Of a stretch of DNA of 64,000 bases, positions 39,546 through 52,330 are shown piece after piece (the first letter of the stretch is position 1; each line of letters opens with the position of its first letter). The stretch is from Chara braunii. Its lineage: Eukaryota; Plantae; Charophyceae. Location of the stretch: assembly GCA_003427395.1 (NCBI GenBank), contig BFEA01000032.1, positions 1,106,316-1,170,315 on the forward strand. The letters are read 5' to 3'. Position numbers and translations under genes: made by a program. A model generated the notes under the pieces. It had not been told where the DNA came from. It ran no database searches and saw only the letters and a program-made list of their open reading frames with translations.

Positions 39546-41231
39546 TGTCTCCCTCGGCCTGCAATCCCTCTCTCTCTCTCCCTCTCTCTCTCTCTCTCCT
39601 CTTTCTCTCTCTCTCTCCCTCTCACACACCTTCAGACTAGGTTGCCGTACATGCAGCAGATTTCGGGCGCGCGTTGTGGCGTCCCTCTTAGCAGAGCGGG
39701 GCGCGCGTCACTCACTCTCTCACTCACTGCACAACCACTCTCTCTCTCTCGGTCTAATCCACTTTCACTCCCTCACTCTCCTCTTCCCTCGAACAGTCAC
39801 TTTTCACCCTTTGCTCTCTACTCTTTCTACTCTCACTTACTCAGTCCAGAGCGGGGCGCGCGCTGTGGCGTCCCTCTTAGCAGATTGTACACCAGCTTCA
39901 CCTGATGTCTGCATGCTGCCACAAGCAGCATAACCAACGAAAGTCAACTCACCTATTAGCTGCAGCACGCATGTCCTCACTGTCTGATGTCTGCCAGCTA
40001 ATGAACAGGCACAAACCCGTTCCATACAGGGGCTGATGTCACCTATCCTGCTGACGTCATCCGCTCTCCCATAGCTGTCGTGCCAGCACAGCAGCTCATG
40101 ATCGAGCATGGGGACCATCAGACCCTCGAGGTGTGCTCTTTGTGGTTGCAGTTCGCGCGCTGCAGTCCCTGCGATCACAGTTTGTGTGTTCCGTTCACCC
40201 TGGTCGCCTCTCTCCCAATCTCCCCTTGGTCACCTCGCTCTTCTCTCTCTCTCCTCCATGCCCAGGGACGCCCAACTGTTGACGCCATCTTCCCACTGAG
40301 ACGCAGTCGCTGCGTTCGATGTCCTTCCCTGCTCCGAATGCCCAGTTCCCCCTGGTCTCCCCCTGCTGAATGTCCTAATGACCCCCGTGAGTATCAACGG
40401 CCCTGGCTATATCGAGCTCCCTGCGCCAGGCTCAACCTTCGAGGCGGAGAGGTACCGGCCCTTCCGGGCAAGCACCGTGGCTGCAGGCCCTCCATCCGGT
40501 ACCCAGGGCCTGGCCCGTAAGTCCCGACAGTAGTGGGGCCCTTGTCCTTGGGCCTCTCAAATTCACGCGTTCATCATCCTAGGGTCAATACCAGATGAAC
40601 GATATCAAGTCAGCGGTACCAAACCATTCTTGAACCAGGGTGCCCCGTCCATTCCGTTCCAGCATTAACCCTGAATTTGTCGATGGGGCTACAATAACCT
40701 GCACCGTACCAATGCCAGTACCAAGCCAATGTGGGCACCGCACCGTGCAGCTAATGAACCAAGCCAATGCCGAAGCTGTAAATAGCGCAACGGTCCGCAC
40801 CACACCGATGTCGAACCATTACCAATGTTGGATTACCGAGCTGGAAGCACGTCGAGTGTCATAGAATGTCGCCACTCCGCAATAGTACTGAACCTGAATA
40901 AACCACCTTAGTACGACGTCGTACCTGCCCCAACTGAATACCGTAGAGCATAGTCATACCGGGGTAACACCAAGCCCGTCCCGAACCTGGAATAAATGGT
41001 CGTGATGATACCGATCCTGAAATAAGCCGCCGTGATGATACCGAACCTGTTCCGAACCTGTGAACCATCGGTGTCACAGACCAGCAAATAACGCGGCTAA
41101 CCGGTATGGGTAGGCCACGGGCAGGAATGTCGGCAGGCCACAGGAAGGGCAGCCCTGCTAGGCCACAACCTGGGCAGGCCTGCTAGGCCACATACAGGCG
41201 GAGCCTGCAAGGCCGCAGGCAGGGGAATCAC

Positions 41232-41641
41232 CTGGGCTAGCTCTTCATATTGATAAGCTGCTCCTGTTTAGTGTGAAACAGAAGCTAGCCCAGTAGGTTA
41301 CATCCCCCGACTCTTACCCAGCACGTACTGGGATCGAATCTGACAGGACGCATCTTTGGGTTGGCTCCTTTTTGGAGTTGGCCACCTTGCCATCAGCGCA
41401 GTCGATTTCGACCATCGATCTCGAAGATCGCACGGCCGAGATTGGTCGCGCGCAGTTCAGCAAGGCCCCTGCACAAAGGTGACACGCATAAATCAAAAAA
41501 TTGTCCAAATTTGTTTTCTCGATCCCGAAAGGGATCGAATTCGGATCCACATTTCAATAGTTCGTGGGTGAGCCCACAAACGCTGCGCGACCGTTGGCAT
41601 AAAGCCAACGGGAAAGTCTAAAGAAAAAAAAAAAAAAAAAA
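41232..41641 (+). mobile_element. Putative SINE-like structured element: tRNA-like head, U6 3' half, A-tail
   Basis: A-box-like tagcccagtagg, Lys-like anticodon arm gactctta, B-box-like gggatcgaatc, a U6 segment at 41459-41512, several hairpins and an A-rich tail at 41619-41641. No TSD identified. Confidence 0.5.
41459..41512 (+). pseudogene. U6: U6 snRNA 3'-half fragment
   Basis: agcaaggcccctgcacaaaggtgacacgcataaatcaaaaaattgtccaaattt vs plant U6 AGCATGGCCCCTGCGCAAGGATGACACGCATAAATCGAGAAATGGTCCAAATTT: 47/54 identical by manual alignment, no gaps. Confidence 0.85.
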
Positions 41642-42024
41642 CCTGCTTATGCGGTGCCAGTTGGCACACAGAGAGAGGCAGGGGCTTACAGTCCCTGAGA
41701 AGAGAGCACGACGCCGCTTTCAACGGCACCTGACTGTTGTTTTTTCTCTTTTAGATTTTCTTATTTTTTTTTTTTCTTTTTACTTTTCTTAGATTTCGTT
41801 TTAAATTCTTTAGTTAGATTTTTTTTCTGGGCTGAAGAAGCCCGTTCACAGTTCTCGTCGGGATTGCAAACCAGACAGACACTCGCTGCGCCTGAATAAG
41901 GCGTTGAAAGAGAGCAGGATGTGGGGCTGTGCCAGACTGTTTCGTCGGACTCACCGACTCATTAGGGGGTTGGACCCCGACAGTCTACATACGTGAACAT
42001 GGCTTCTAAGGCGCCTAGATACAG

Positions 42025-42061
<37 letters not shown>

Positions 42062-43399
42062 CTACCTACCCTACCTACCTCCTACCTACCGCTACCTACC
42101 TACACGCCACATATAGCGTGAGCAAAATCGAATGAATCTTCCGCAGGAACGCGGAAGAATACAGTCATGAGCAGTGGCCAAGGCCACTCCTAGTGCTGCG
42201 GCCGCCAGACACTCCCCGTTCGTGGCTGTTGAAGTACAGCCAAAAGGGAAAGAAACGGGGAAGGACTAAGAAATGAAGTTAATTTAAAAAACTGTAAAAA
42301 AAAAAAAAAACGAACGAGGCAACTGCCTCGTGGTAGGTAAACTGTGTGGGAGCACAAAAGATCCCACTTTGTTTTTTTACCAACTCACCGTGGCCGCGAG
42401 ATCTTGAATCTCACGACCCACAGTACTTGCGTGGGAAAGAGAGAAGGAGAGAGGGACGTGGGAGTTAGGAGGGGGAGGTCCTACTCCTCCCAACCTGCCA
42501 ACTGTCTTCCCCGTTTTTAGGGGAAGGTAGAGGAGAGTAAGGGAAGGTTGTTGCATGCAACAGCACGAACCTGGCTGAGGTAGAAGCCAGGTTCAGTGAA
42601 AATTAGAAAGATAGTTTTTTTCTTTTCCTTTTCTTCATTTTCTATCAGGACACTTGTCCTTACGTGGTGCTACCTCTGGCACAAGCTGCCAGAGGTAATT
42701 GTCAGGCTCCCGTTTTTGCTGGGAGCCTAGAAAATTAAAAGCCACTAAGGGAAAGGCTAGATGCAGCCTTTTCCTCGATGTATCTGCCCTGAAAAAAAGG
42801 TCCGGATACATTAAACTGAAAAGGGTTCTATCTTTTCAACCCTTTATTAGAAAATAAAAGAAAAACACTTTTGGAAATGACAGGAGACCAGCTATCTCGC
42901 CAGATTCCGAGATAGCTGGGGAAAAAAAAAGAAAAATGAAAATGGGGCGGTTAAAGAAACTGCCCCACACTAAGGCTGTGGTTGTGGTGCGGCCACAGTC
43001 AACCCTGGATCTTGGCAGATCTAAGGTTCACAGTGAGCCCGCGATTTTGCCTGGGGGCTGGAGTGACGTCCAACCCTCCTCAGCCACTATAAAACAGCCA
43101 GTTGCCCCCAGCTGCCACACAAAGCATTCGTGCTGTCATTTTGTGACGTGCACTTGAGTGCTGCTGGGCTGCTGAGGCGCTGCCTGAGGCAAGGAGGAGG
43201 AGTTGGAGATCTACAGAGGAGCGCGAAGAGGAAGACTGGGCAGCCATAGCTAAGGCAGGGAGCACTCTGCTCTTCTCCCCTCTGGCTGGTGCTGGTCCCA
43301 CGGGACAGACCCAGTAGTACTGCGGGACTGCGCCAATGCGGCGCTGTGAGATTTGGGCCTGGGGCCCAAATTTTACCAATTTTGGCCTGTCATTTTCTC

Positions 43400-43830
43400 A
43401 CTACGGTGGGGAAGTGCTGCCGAAATTTTACAGCGCCACTCCCGGTTTTTACTGCGGTGGTACCGAAGTGCTGCCGAATTTTGCCAGCGGTGGCACCGGG
43501 TTTTTCTGCGGTAGTATCGAAGTGCTGCCGAATTTCTGCAGTGGCGGCACAAGTTTTATCGGCGGTGGTGCGAAAGCGCTGCCGAAATTCTACGGCGGCG
43601 ACTACGGTTTTATCGGCGGTGGTGCGAAAGCGCTGCCGAAATTCTACGGCGGCGATTACGGTATAATCGGCGGTGGTGCGAAAGCGCTGCCGAAATTCTA
43701 CGGCGGCGACTACGGTTTTATCGGNTGTGGTGCGAAAGCGCTGCCGAAATTTTTCGGCGGCGACTCCGGTTTTACCAGCGGTGGTGCGGAAGCACTGTGA
43801 AAATTTTACGGCGGCGACGCAAGGTTACCG
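43400..43830. repeat. 54-bp minisatellite (gcggtggtgcgaaagcgctgccgaaattctacggcggcgactacggttttatcg)
   Basis: About eight units, period 54. Confidence 0.93.
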
Positions 43831-45100
43831 GCGGTAGAAGTTCCACATTTAGCGGCAGCCGGACCTTGGTGTAGGGAAGGTACCGCTGGAGCGAAGAATT
43901 GAGGTGGTGTGAATTTTGACGGTGTGGTAACGCGGTAACAGTAAAAGTTAGTGGCGGTGACACTCATTGGAAAACATAGTGAGGAGGCGTTGTGGCTGGT
44001 GGTTGTGGTGAAAGGAGTGGTGTGGATTATTTGTCGACGAATGGAAGACAACTGTCTCTTGACAGAGGGGCGTAATTTTATACAGTTTTCTTGAGTGAGC
44101 CGTTATTATCTTCATTTCAGCGTCACTCAAGGTCAGTTAAATTGACTCAGTTTCCTTCACACCTGAGTGAACCCACACTTGCTTTAACCTGCTCCACTGA
44201 ATGTTCATTGAAAAAGGGAAGAGGACGTGTGTTTTTGCGTGTATGACTGGGAGTCTAAAAATAATAAACGAATGCATGGTGGTCTGTGTGTCGTTGGGTT
44301 TTGACTGCAGGTACGACATGTGGACTGAAATAGATGAGGGTGATGACAGTGAAAGAATGGTTGACTTTTTCACATTTGTGCTTGTATTCTATGTATAAAT
44401 AAAAGAGAAAAAAGACGACGAGAAACGAAGCGAGCATAAGGAAGAGAAATTCAACTTGAATTAGACTTATCCCTGAGGTTACCCATTCTCTCCCGAATGA
44501 CCCTCTTCCATCTATGCCTGTCAGTCTGAATGATTCTATCTTTCTACGATCTCTTCTTTCTTCGTCTAAGTTTACTTTGACGCTAGGCGGCAAGACTCTA
44601 CTTGTCTGTCGTCTGGGTGTTTTTCCTTTTTCTAGGAGGCATCTGGGGCGGGGGTTCGTTGCCTTAGGGGCCGGCCCTGTTATCGACTCAGAATGGACTG
44701 CTTTGCGGGGGGGTACTATGCCGATTCGGTGGAGACGGTCCGACTTCTGAGATCCGAGTTTTGTACTCGGGCGAGGAGAAGGAGTATCCCAGAGCACCTC
44801 TTAGGGTAATGGAAAAGGCATCCACACGGAAGAAAATTATTTTCTTGACGCCTTGTGAACAAGGAAAACTGCCTTAGCAATCCTGTTTTAAGTAGTCATC
44901 TTAGGTACCATTGGCGAATGGAGAGTTGGTGTCACAAGCAGCATGACTCGTGTCCTACTAGCTGAACGGAGTACAGTTAGATAATCCTAACGTGGTTGGT
45001 CTTGTCATAAGAAGCACGGGCCGTAAGGAAGACAAAAACCGAATAATACTCGAAGGCAAGAGTTTAACTCAAAACATATTTGTCTTCCTCTTTTTTTCAG

Positions 45101-46263
45101 ATGGCTATGGGATCCACAAACTTGTTCCTTTTCTACGACCTTGATTCGGCGGCTGAAAGGGTCGAACTCCAAGGCTTAAGGGAGAAAGGGTAGAGAGGAT
45201 AGACCGACTTGTTTACAATCCGTCAGAGCTATACTATGAGGAGGACGTTCCGCGGTTTTGGGATGGTAGTGCGCAAAGACCCCCCAAACGGCTTATTTTC
45301 AGGAGACCGGCCGGCTTGGATGTTCTTCATTACGAGTTCGCGCCGCCATTGCCCGAGCATCACTTCGTCAATATGAACCTGGTGGTACTACAACCGTACG
45401 AGCTCAATCCACGAGTGGACGAGATTGCGAAAATAAGGTTGATGTTCGTCCGTTACGTGCTTTGGCTGAACGAGTGACAAGGCCCATTTTTTGACATATA
45501 CTACACGAAGCGGATGCGTGTCACTAGGTTCGCAATTATAGGGGCCGAAGCGTTATATGATGATGATTTGAAAAATGAAGCGGAAGAACTCGAGGAGTTT
45601 TTACGTGACTGATTTGGATTTGTTCTGATACGCAAATGCCTGGAGCACGACGAGACTTGACGATCCCGATGTATCTGCTGGTCCGTGATACACCCGAGGA
45701 GGATCTCATCATGAGTCAAAAGCGACTTTTACGAGTTCAAGATGGATCTTCTATCGACTGGTTCGGCTTCATTGGACTGCTTCGAAATGGCGAGGGATTT
45801 TTTCCTAATACTCGCGCGGATTTCAGAGTCAACACTGCTCGAACTTCCGACGAGCTTTACTGTTATACTGTGTATTTCCACCTCGCGAGTAACCTCCAAT
45901 GTCTCTCTCGAGTCATTGTGAGTATCAAGATTACCTCGTCCGGTAGGCGTTTGGGCGTCGTCCGGATCCGGGACACAGAGACTCGACACTTGTTTGGACT
46001 TAGTCGACCTCTCCGAGTTATAGTTTGAAGACTAGCCTCTCGGATGACCTCCTTCTATAATACTCGGATTATTAGAGTCATGCGATGTGGACGAATGTGT
46101 ACTCTGATTTTCAACGACGGCGAGCTGGCGCGTTTGGATTCGTTGGAAGCACAGGTGCGCAGCGAGCGACAGATCTATCGGGATTAGACATTGTCTTCTG
46201 AAATCTTACTCAGATTTCAGAAAACACCTCGCATGAACTTAGTCTCATTGAGGAAACCATATA
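45101..46263 (+). pseudogene. Decayed unknown ORF (about 380 aa) upstream of gag in element B
   Basis: tttttttcag|ATG, then a protein-like reading joined across frameshifts and two TGA codons: MAMGSTNLFLFYDLDSAAERVEL.../VERIDRLVYNPSELYYEEDVPRFWDGSAQRPPKRLIFRR...WLNE*QGPFFDIYYTKRMRVTRFAIIG.../...YLLVRDTPEEDLIM...WFGFIGLLRNGEGFFP... Confidence 0.6.
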
Positions 46264-47285
46264 ACTTATGGTTTCACGAGGTAGTCTAAAAAAAAACAAA
46301 TACAAAACACTATTATGTAAATAGGACCGCCGGATGGATAGTATTCGGATTACCCCGATGATTTCACTATCATGTTTTGGCATTGAGGGGTAAATAAATA
46401 GGAAGTAAAAAGTAAACAAATTTATTTCTTCAATCTAAAGTTATCTTTAGACTTTTATGAGAAACACAAGTAAAGAAAATTCCAAAAACAAATTCAGATC
46501 GAGTAAATAGATCTAAGAGGTGTTCTTTATACAGAGGAGGTTACACCTGCGACGAGGAGGAAGTAAGACATCATGATTTTTTTTCTTGTTAGATGAAATC
46601 AATCATGTTAAGTATTACTTTTTAATTGTTGGAATGATTGACTGTAAAATTGATCCATGTATGTATTGCTTTGAAAAGTTATCTATTTTGATGAGTATGA
46701 TATGCATGGACTGGGGTTGAATTGTTTGTTTTCTTAATTACCCTAGTCAACCGACGTTTGCTTCATCCTTAGGAGATCAACTCCCTAAGTGACGAACAAC
46801 GTCCGGGTGCAACACGCGTTTAATTCTCGTATACATATACTACAGCGTGCGAGCAAACGCCCTTGGTCGACCCCCCTCTGCAATTGCATATTAAGACTTT
46901 CGCATGTGGGTCGGTAGCTCGGTAGGGATACCCCCCTAAGGGTGGTGACAGCCCCTTAAGGAAGCAAGCTTATGCATCGCGGAAACCTGTCCTGTCGTAG
47001 GAGACCTCTGGAAGTACAGCTGGCGCACCCGGCTAGAGCGACGAAGGGACGACGCGACCGCCCACCGTCTCGGCGGCTCTTGGAAACTATTTCGCTCTTG
47101 TCCCTAAGTTGTCTCTGTGTTTTGTTAAAGTCGTGTAACTCCTGCGTGACATGGCCGGGAGGGCCCTCGTTTTTACGCGAGGGCCGATGCGCTCAACAAT
47201 GGACTTATAGCTCTGAGGGTAGTAGACGGTCCTACCGGGGCTTATTCATTAGCTCCAGGCTCCAAAGGAGCCACTTGCACCAAGT

Positions 47286-50057
47286 ATGGAGTCCGACACC
47301 ATGGGAGTTCATGTAGATACGGGAGAGTATCAACCGTCGCCTGGTCGAACCCTTCGCGAGCTCAAGGAGCGCATTCGACCGAACGCGCCTCTCGGATGTG
47401 CACAGCAACCCGATGATAGAGAGCCCAAAGTGATGTGCGGGCCCGTCGTTACCGAGCCAGAGAGACCGTCGTTGAAGATACGGATGAAGAACATAACGGA
47501 GTCTCCCAGTTTTCGGGGAGGGATGGACGATCGACGCTCATCTGCCTACGAGTGGAGAGACGCTAGAGAGAACCGACGCAGAGATGACTGGAGAGATCTG
47601 TGCGTCAGGGATCAAGCTTGGATAGATAGAGATAGGCCTCATGAGAGGAGCAGACCGCCTCAACGAATCTACGATCCGCAGACGGGCTAGTCATATACAC
47701 TCCCTTACGAAAGGAGAGATCGATTCATCATCTCTCACCAACCGGCAGAGTTAGATACCAGGCCACCCGTTTTCAAGGGATACGGTATCACTGAGTATCT
47801 CGAGAGGTGGGAGCTACACCCGTACCGTAGCCAGTGGTGCGAGGATGAGATTATAGACAATTTTCTGTTTAACTCGGACCCGAGCTTGAACCAGATAATC
47901 AAAGAAGCTCGACCACAGGATAGAAAGTGAACTACCTATAAGACTAGTCCTTACGAACTCTTCAAGTTGGCGGACATCAGATGCTCGATCAAGGATTTGG
48001 AGACGATGACGCAGGGTGAGGACGAGAGCGTTTAGGCGTTCGGAAAACGCTTCCAAAAGATATCGGATGCCCTGATCGCAAAGGGAAAGTTGTCGGAAGT
48101 AGATCGATGCACGATTTTCATCTGTCGACTACCCAGAGGGAAATAGAAGGGGATACTTAGGGAACTCCCTCATGACAAGTTAGATTTTTCGACGGTTCTC
48201 GATTTGGCTATGAAAGCTGGAGCAGATGACTATAAGGATTTAATTTGGAGAGGGATGCGACGACGGGACTTCTCTCTCTACCGAGACTACGATATAGAGA
48301 GGTGTCTTGACTTCAATGATCAGCCTTGGACGGATCGACGATATTTGCTGGATGGAATCCATCTGCAATGACCTACAGAGACTGTAGTAGATGAGATAAG
48401 GAAGATGAGGGAAACGATCAAGGTTTTGACGCGACAAATTGCTAGGATAGAGGCGAAGACGGAGACTATTGGTTATAAGGCGAGGTACGAATCGTCGAAC
48501 TCGCTGAGGTGCGATCGAGTTAGAACTGGTTCAGCATACTCGCTAAGGTGGGATAATCGCGACCCAGGATCATGGAGAGACGCAGAGGACAGAAACCCCC
48601 GGACACTGACCGATTATCGAGTGAGGGAGCAGCGGTATCTTATACGTCGCGACGATTCCTCTAGGTACCAGGGCGAGGATCGAGATCGACATGTTACCTA
48701 TCATAGACACTATACGAGAGATAGGGACAACGAGTATCGACGACATGGTTGGGTGGAGACCTACCCTCACAGCCCAAGGTATGATCGAGGTCTTGAAGAC
48801 CTCCCGAATGCAGAGGAGTATCTTAAGAGTCTAGATAGGTATGACCATGTGACGGGGAGAGACCGACACAACAATTCCCGCGAGCGGGACGAGAGGGGAG
48901 ATGTTGATCAGGACTATCGCAATAATGCTAGACGAGAGTCTGGCCTGCGTCCTCAAGACATACGGGTATCAGGCGGACACGAAGGATACAAACGTGTAGA
49001 GGCTCAACCTTCTTTTCCTTGTAACACATGGCATTGCGTCTACTGCTGTTCAGATGATCATATCGGGAGAGATTGCCCTGATCTTCAGAAGGCAATAGAC
49101 TATGGCATAGTGGGACTCGAGAACCGACAGCACGTCAAGAGATCCGACAACCTGAGGGATGCACCCGTATTTTCCTCAGAGGAGGTCAGACAAACACTGT
49201 TGGATGAGGATGAGGTAAAGGCGACGGTAAAGAGTCGGAGTGTCCGGTTTTTCTTACCGCCAAGAAACAAGACGCCTTTAGTCCCTAACCACGTCGCCTC
49301 TACCAAATCATCGTGGGCTCTTTCCTCAAAGAAGAAGGTCGATCCAGTGGAACTAGAGGGAGATAAAGAAGAACGAAGAATATTACGACTACGAAAATGA
49401 GGCCCTGAGGGAGTTGCTGATACAACAACTACACCCTTGAGGCTAGTGCTCAGTCGGTGTATGCGACATTTCATACGAGAAGCGCCCAAGCGAACGCAAG
49501 ATAAACCTACGATACTTATCGGTCCCGAACGAGGAAAACCAGTACCTTTGACCGATGAGATCTTCGTTGATTCTAGGTCATTAGCGGACAAACCCCTTAC
49601 CGACGTCGTTCCAGTCGCACATCAATCACGGCCTCGAGCGCTAGAGCGGACTGCACCGCGCCCGTTTTCTTTGATGCATGAGAGAACGTGCCTCATGAAG
49701 TATTTTACGTTCCTGGGAACGGTACCATGGGGACTCAGCTTAACGAACAGGTGATTCCTCACAGGGTAGTGGATAATGTCGGGGATTGTCGAGCCCTGTA
49801 ATCCTGGAGAACGTCCTTCTCCGGACAACGATTGCGGTTTGGAAGAAAAGAGAAGCGCCGACACAAGAGTCGCACTTGTATGAACACTTTAAATCTCAAA
49901 CGATTCGCTTGATTGAGACGGCGCGGGCTCAACGGGGGCGTCGAGAAGAGGTCCGGGCTTGTTTGTCAGGCGGCCGAAGGTCAGTCGGCCACCCGAATTA
50001 CGACAGATTGACCCTTGGATTAAGTGTCTAGCGAAGGATCTACCCGCACTTTCATAA
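47286..50057 (+). pseudogene. Gag of Gypsy element B with CCHC zinc knuckle, decayed; no recognisable pol
   Basis: PPVFKGYGITEYLERWE, then QGEDESV*AFGKRF (MHR-like), an Arg/Asp-rich region and CVYCCSDDHIGRDC (C-x2-C-x4-H-x4-C). Contains stops and frameshifts. Confidence 0.85.
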
Positions 50058-51794
50058 GACCTGTCGGGAAAAATTAGGGGTCGGAAGGAGACCCCTAAAA
50101 TTCCCCGCATCGACTGTTGAGACTAACCCTTGAAATTGACATGGTGAATGGTCGCGCCTGCCGCGCCTGACACCTAACGTTTTCGTCCATTCCGAGGTTG
50201 TTCCTGAAGCGGCCGGCCAAGATACTGGGATATGGTAGTAGGCCTCGGCGCGCCCCTTGTACACTAGCCAATTGATGAAGGACTGACCCTCAAAATTTTA
50301 TTAATTCTATCGACAAATTTAAAATCGAGAAAAATAATTAAAAATAATAAAAGAAAATAAAACACGAATATTTGTAATTTAATTGAATTTATTCAAGATT
50401 TATCCTTGGTGGGGTTGTCCTCAATCTTCATTAATTCTGATAATGAAATTAAAAATGAGTAAAAGAATTAAAAATAATAAAAGGAGAAAAAAAAAACAGA
50501 TGATTAATTATTATTTGATTAATTTTTGACGGGATTTATTTGTGATGGATTTTGCTTGACATTATCGATTTATCCTTGATTCTCATATTCGTATGGGTTT
50601 CCGCTGATTATAAACTGCAGCTTGATTTTACCCGATTCGTCTGATTGCTACCCTCGGTATGACCCCGCTGGTGTTGAGTGAGCGGGGCTGATCCTTGGGT
50701 TACGACGACATGGTGTTCGGATGGTGCATTCGTGGCTCGGTACGGTATACTACTTTGATCTGGTACGGCTGCAGGATCGAAACAGGTACAGTGCACTGGT
50801 TTGGAATAGGTACCGGACTCACACGCTATTTGCTGCATCACACGGGATTCGGCACTTGGTTCGAAACAGGCGTTGGTACGACATGTGCGCTCTTTGTACC
50901 GATATTTGGTACTGCGGCAACTCATGCTAGTTAGCTGAATAGCCTACGACACCCTGCGTTGTTCGTATTAAAGCCTACTGCAGTTCGACACAGGCATGGT
51001 ACGAGGACAGTTGGAGATGGGTATTTTCTGATACGGTTCCACAATCCGGATTTAGGCTGCTGCGGACCACTACTTTTGGTGCGGGTACGGCAGTTGTGCG
51101 AATTTGAACCACATTTGGCATGATCTGGTTTCACTAATATTATTTGGAGAGGCCCACTGCAGTTCCACACAATCCTGCCATGGCACAGGCTTGACAAACC
51201 GTGCCTAAAGACCCTTGTACCGCCGGTACGGGGCAGGGCCAGTCCTCAACCACGGAATGACACTGGCTGAAAAGGGCTGGGCCTTTTTTCTCCTGGACCA
51301 AAGCAGCAGCCAGGAGACAATATAGGAACCAGCAGAAGTATAGGGGGGGGGCACATTCGGCAGTGGGAGACCAGGGCGAACTGGATATTCAGGCGCAGGC
51401 GACCAAGGGGAACTGGACATTCGGAAGGGAGAGACCAGGGCGAACTGGACCTTCGGGACTGGGGCGGCCAGTGTGACCAGGATGGGCTGCAACAGGGCGC
51501 ACCAAGGGAATAGACGGCAGCGAATACAGCGAACCGTTACGTACTGGTTCGCGAAGCGAAGTGGTTCCATGCTGCTCACGATCACCGGTAGCTATGGCAG
51601 AAGTGTCTGTGTGTGTGCGAGAGAGAGAGAGTGAGAGGAAGAGACCGTGTGTGCGAGAGGCAGGGACTGTCCAGCAGGAGAGAGAGAAACTGTGCAGCGG
51701 GAAAGGGAGTGTTCAGTGAGAGAGAGAAAGATAGAGAGTGGGGGAAGAGGAGAGTGCAAAGGATGCACAAGAGAATGAAAAGGGGGGTTGAGCC

Positions 51795-52330
51795 AGGAGA
51801 CCCGCTGCTGCAGGCAGCGGAATCAATCACTACCGTATCTGAAGTGATCATATGTACCCCTTAAGCAAGAGAACCCGCTGCTGCAGGCAGCGGAATCAAT
51901 CATGACCGTTTCTGATGGGATCCTCCGTACCGCTTGAGCAGGAGAGCCACTGCTGCAGGCAGCGGGAACAATCATTAACACACTTGATGAGGTCATATGT
52001 GCTGCGTAGGAGAGCCGATGCTGCAGGCAACGGAATCAATCATGACCATTTATGATATGATCATCTGTACCGCTTGAGCAGGAGACCCGCTACTGCAGGC
52101 AGCGGAATCAATCACTACCGTATCTGATGTGATCATCTGTACCGCTTGAGCAGGAGAACCCGCTGCTGCAGGCAGCGGAATCAATCATGACCGTTTCTGA
52201 TGGGATCCTCTGTACCGCTTGAGCAGGAGAGCCACTGCTACAGGCAGCGGGATCAATCATTACCATACCTGATGAGATCATCTGTGCTGCGTAAGAGAAC
52301 CCGCTGCTGCAGGCAGCGGAACCAATCATT
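51795..52330. repeat. Satellite of about 70-73 bp (cccgctgctgcaggcagcggaatcaatcat...) in LTR B
   Basis: About eight units; core at 51801, 51874 and onward. Confidence 0.92.

Larger units (their letters stand above)
31295..41078 (-). mobile_element. 5' LTR of Gypsy element A (about 2.7 kb net), interrupted by giant element copy 2
   Basis: On the minus strand it starts TGTGACACC and ends CCTAACA followed by the PBS. Its last ~110 bp (gaggacctcggaag.gggcg.ggcgagtgacaggcg...cccctcccc.ggtttcct.aca) match 54350-54464. Confidence 0.85.

Noticed and set aside
39094-39564. 156-aa repeat ORF (INQVVPLLAGTVPF)n
   Set aside because: Translation of the 48-bp LTR satellite running across an insertion junction.
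43336-43800. Gly-rich repeat protein ORF (GGGAKALPKFYGGD)n
   Set aside because: By-product of a 54-bp (multiple of 3) minisatellite that is open in more than one frame.
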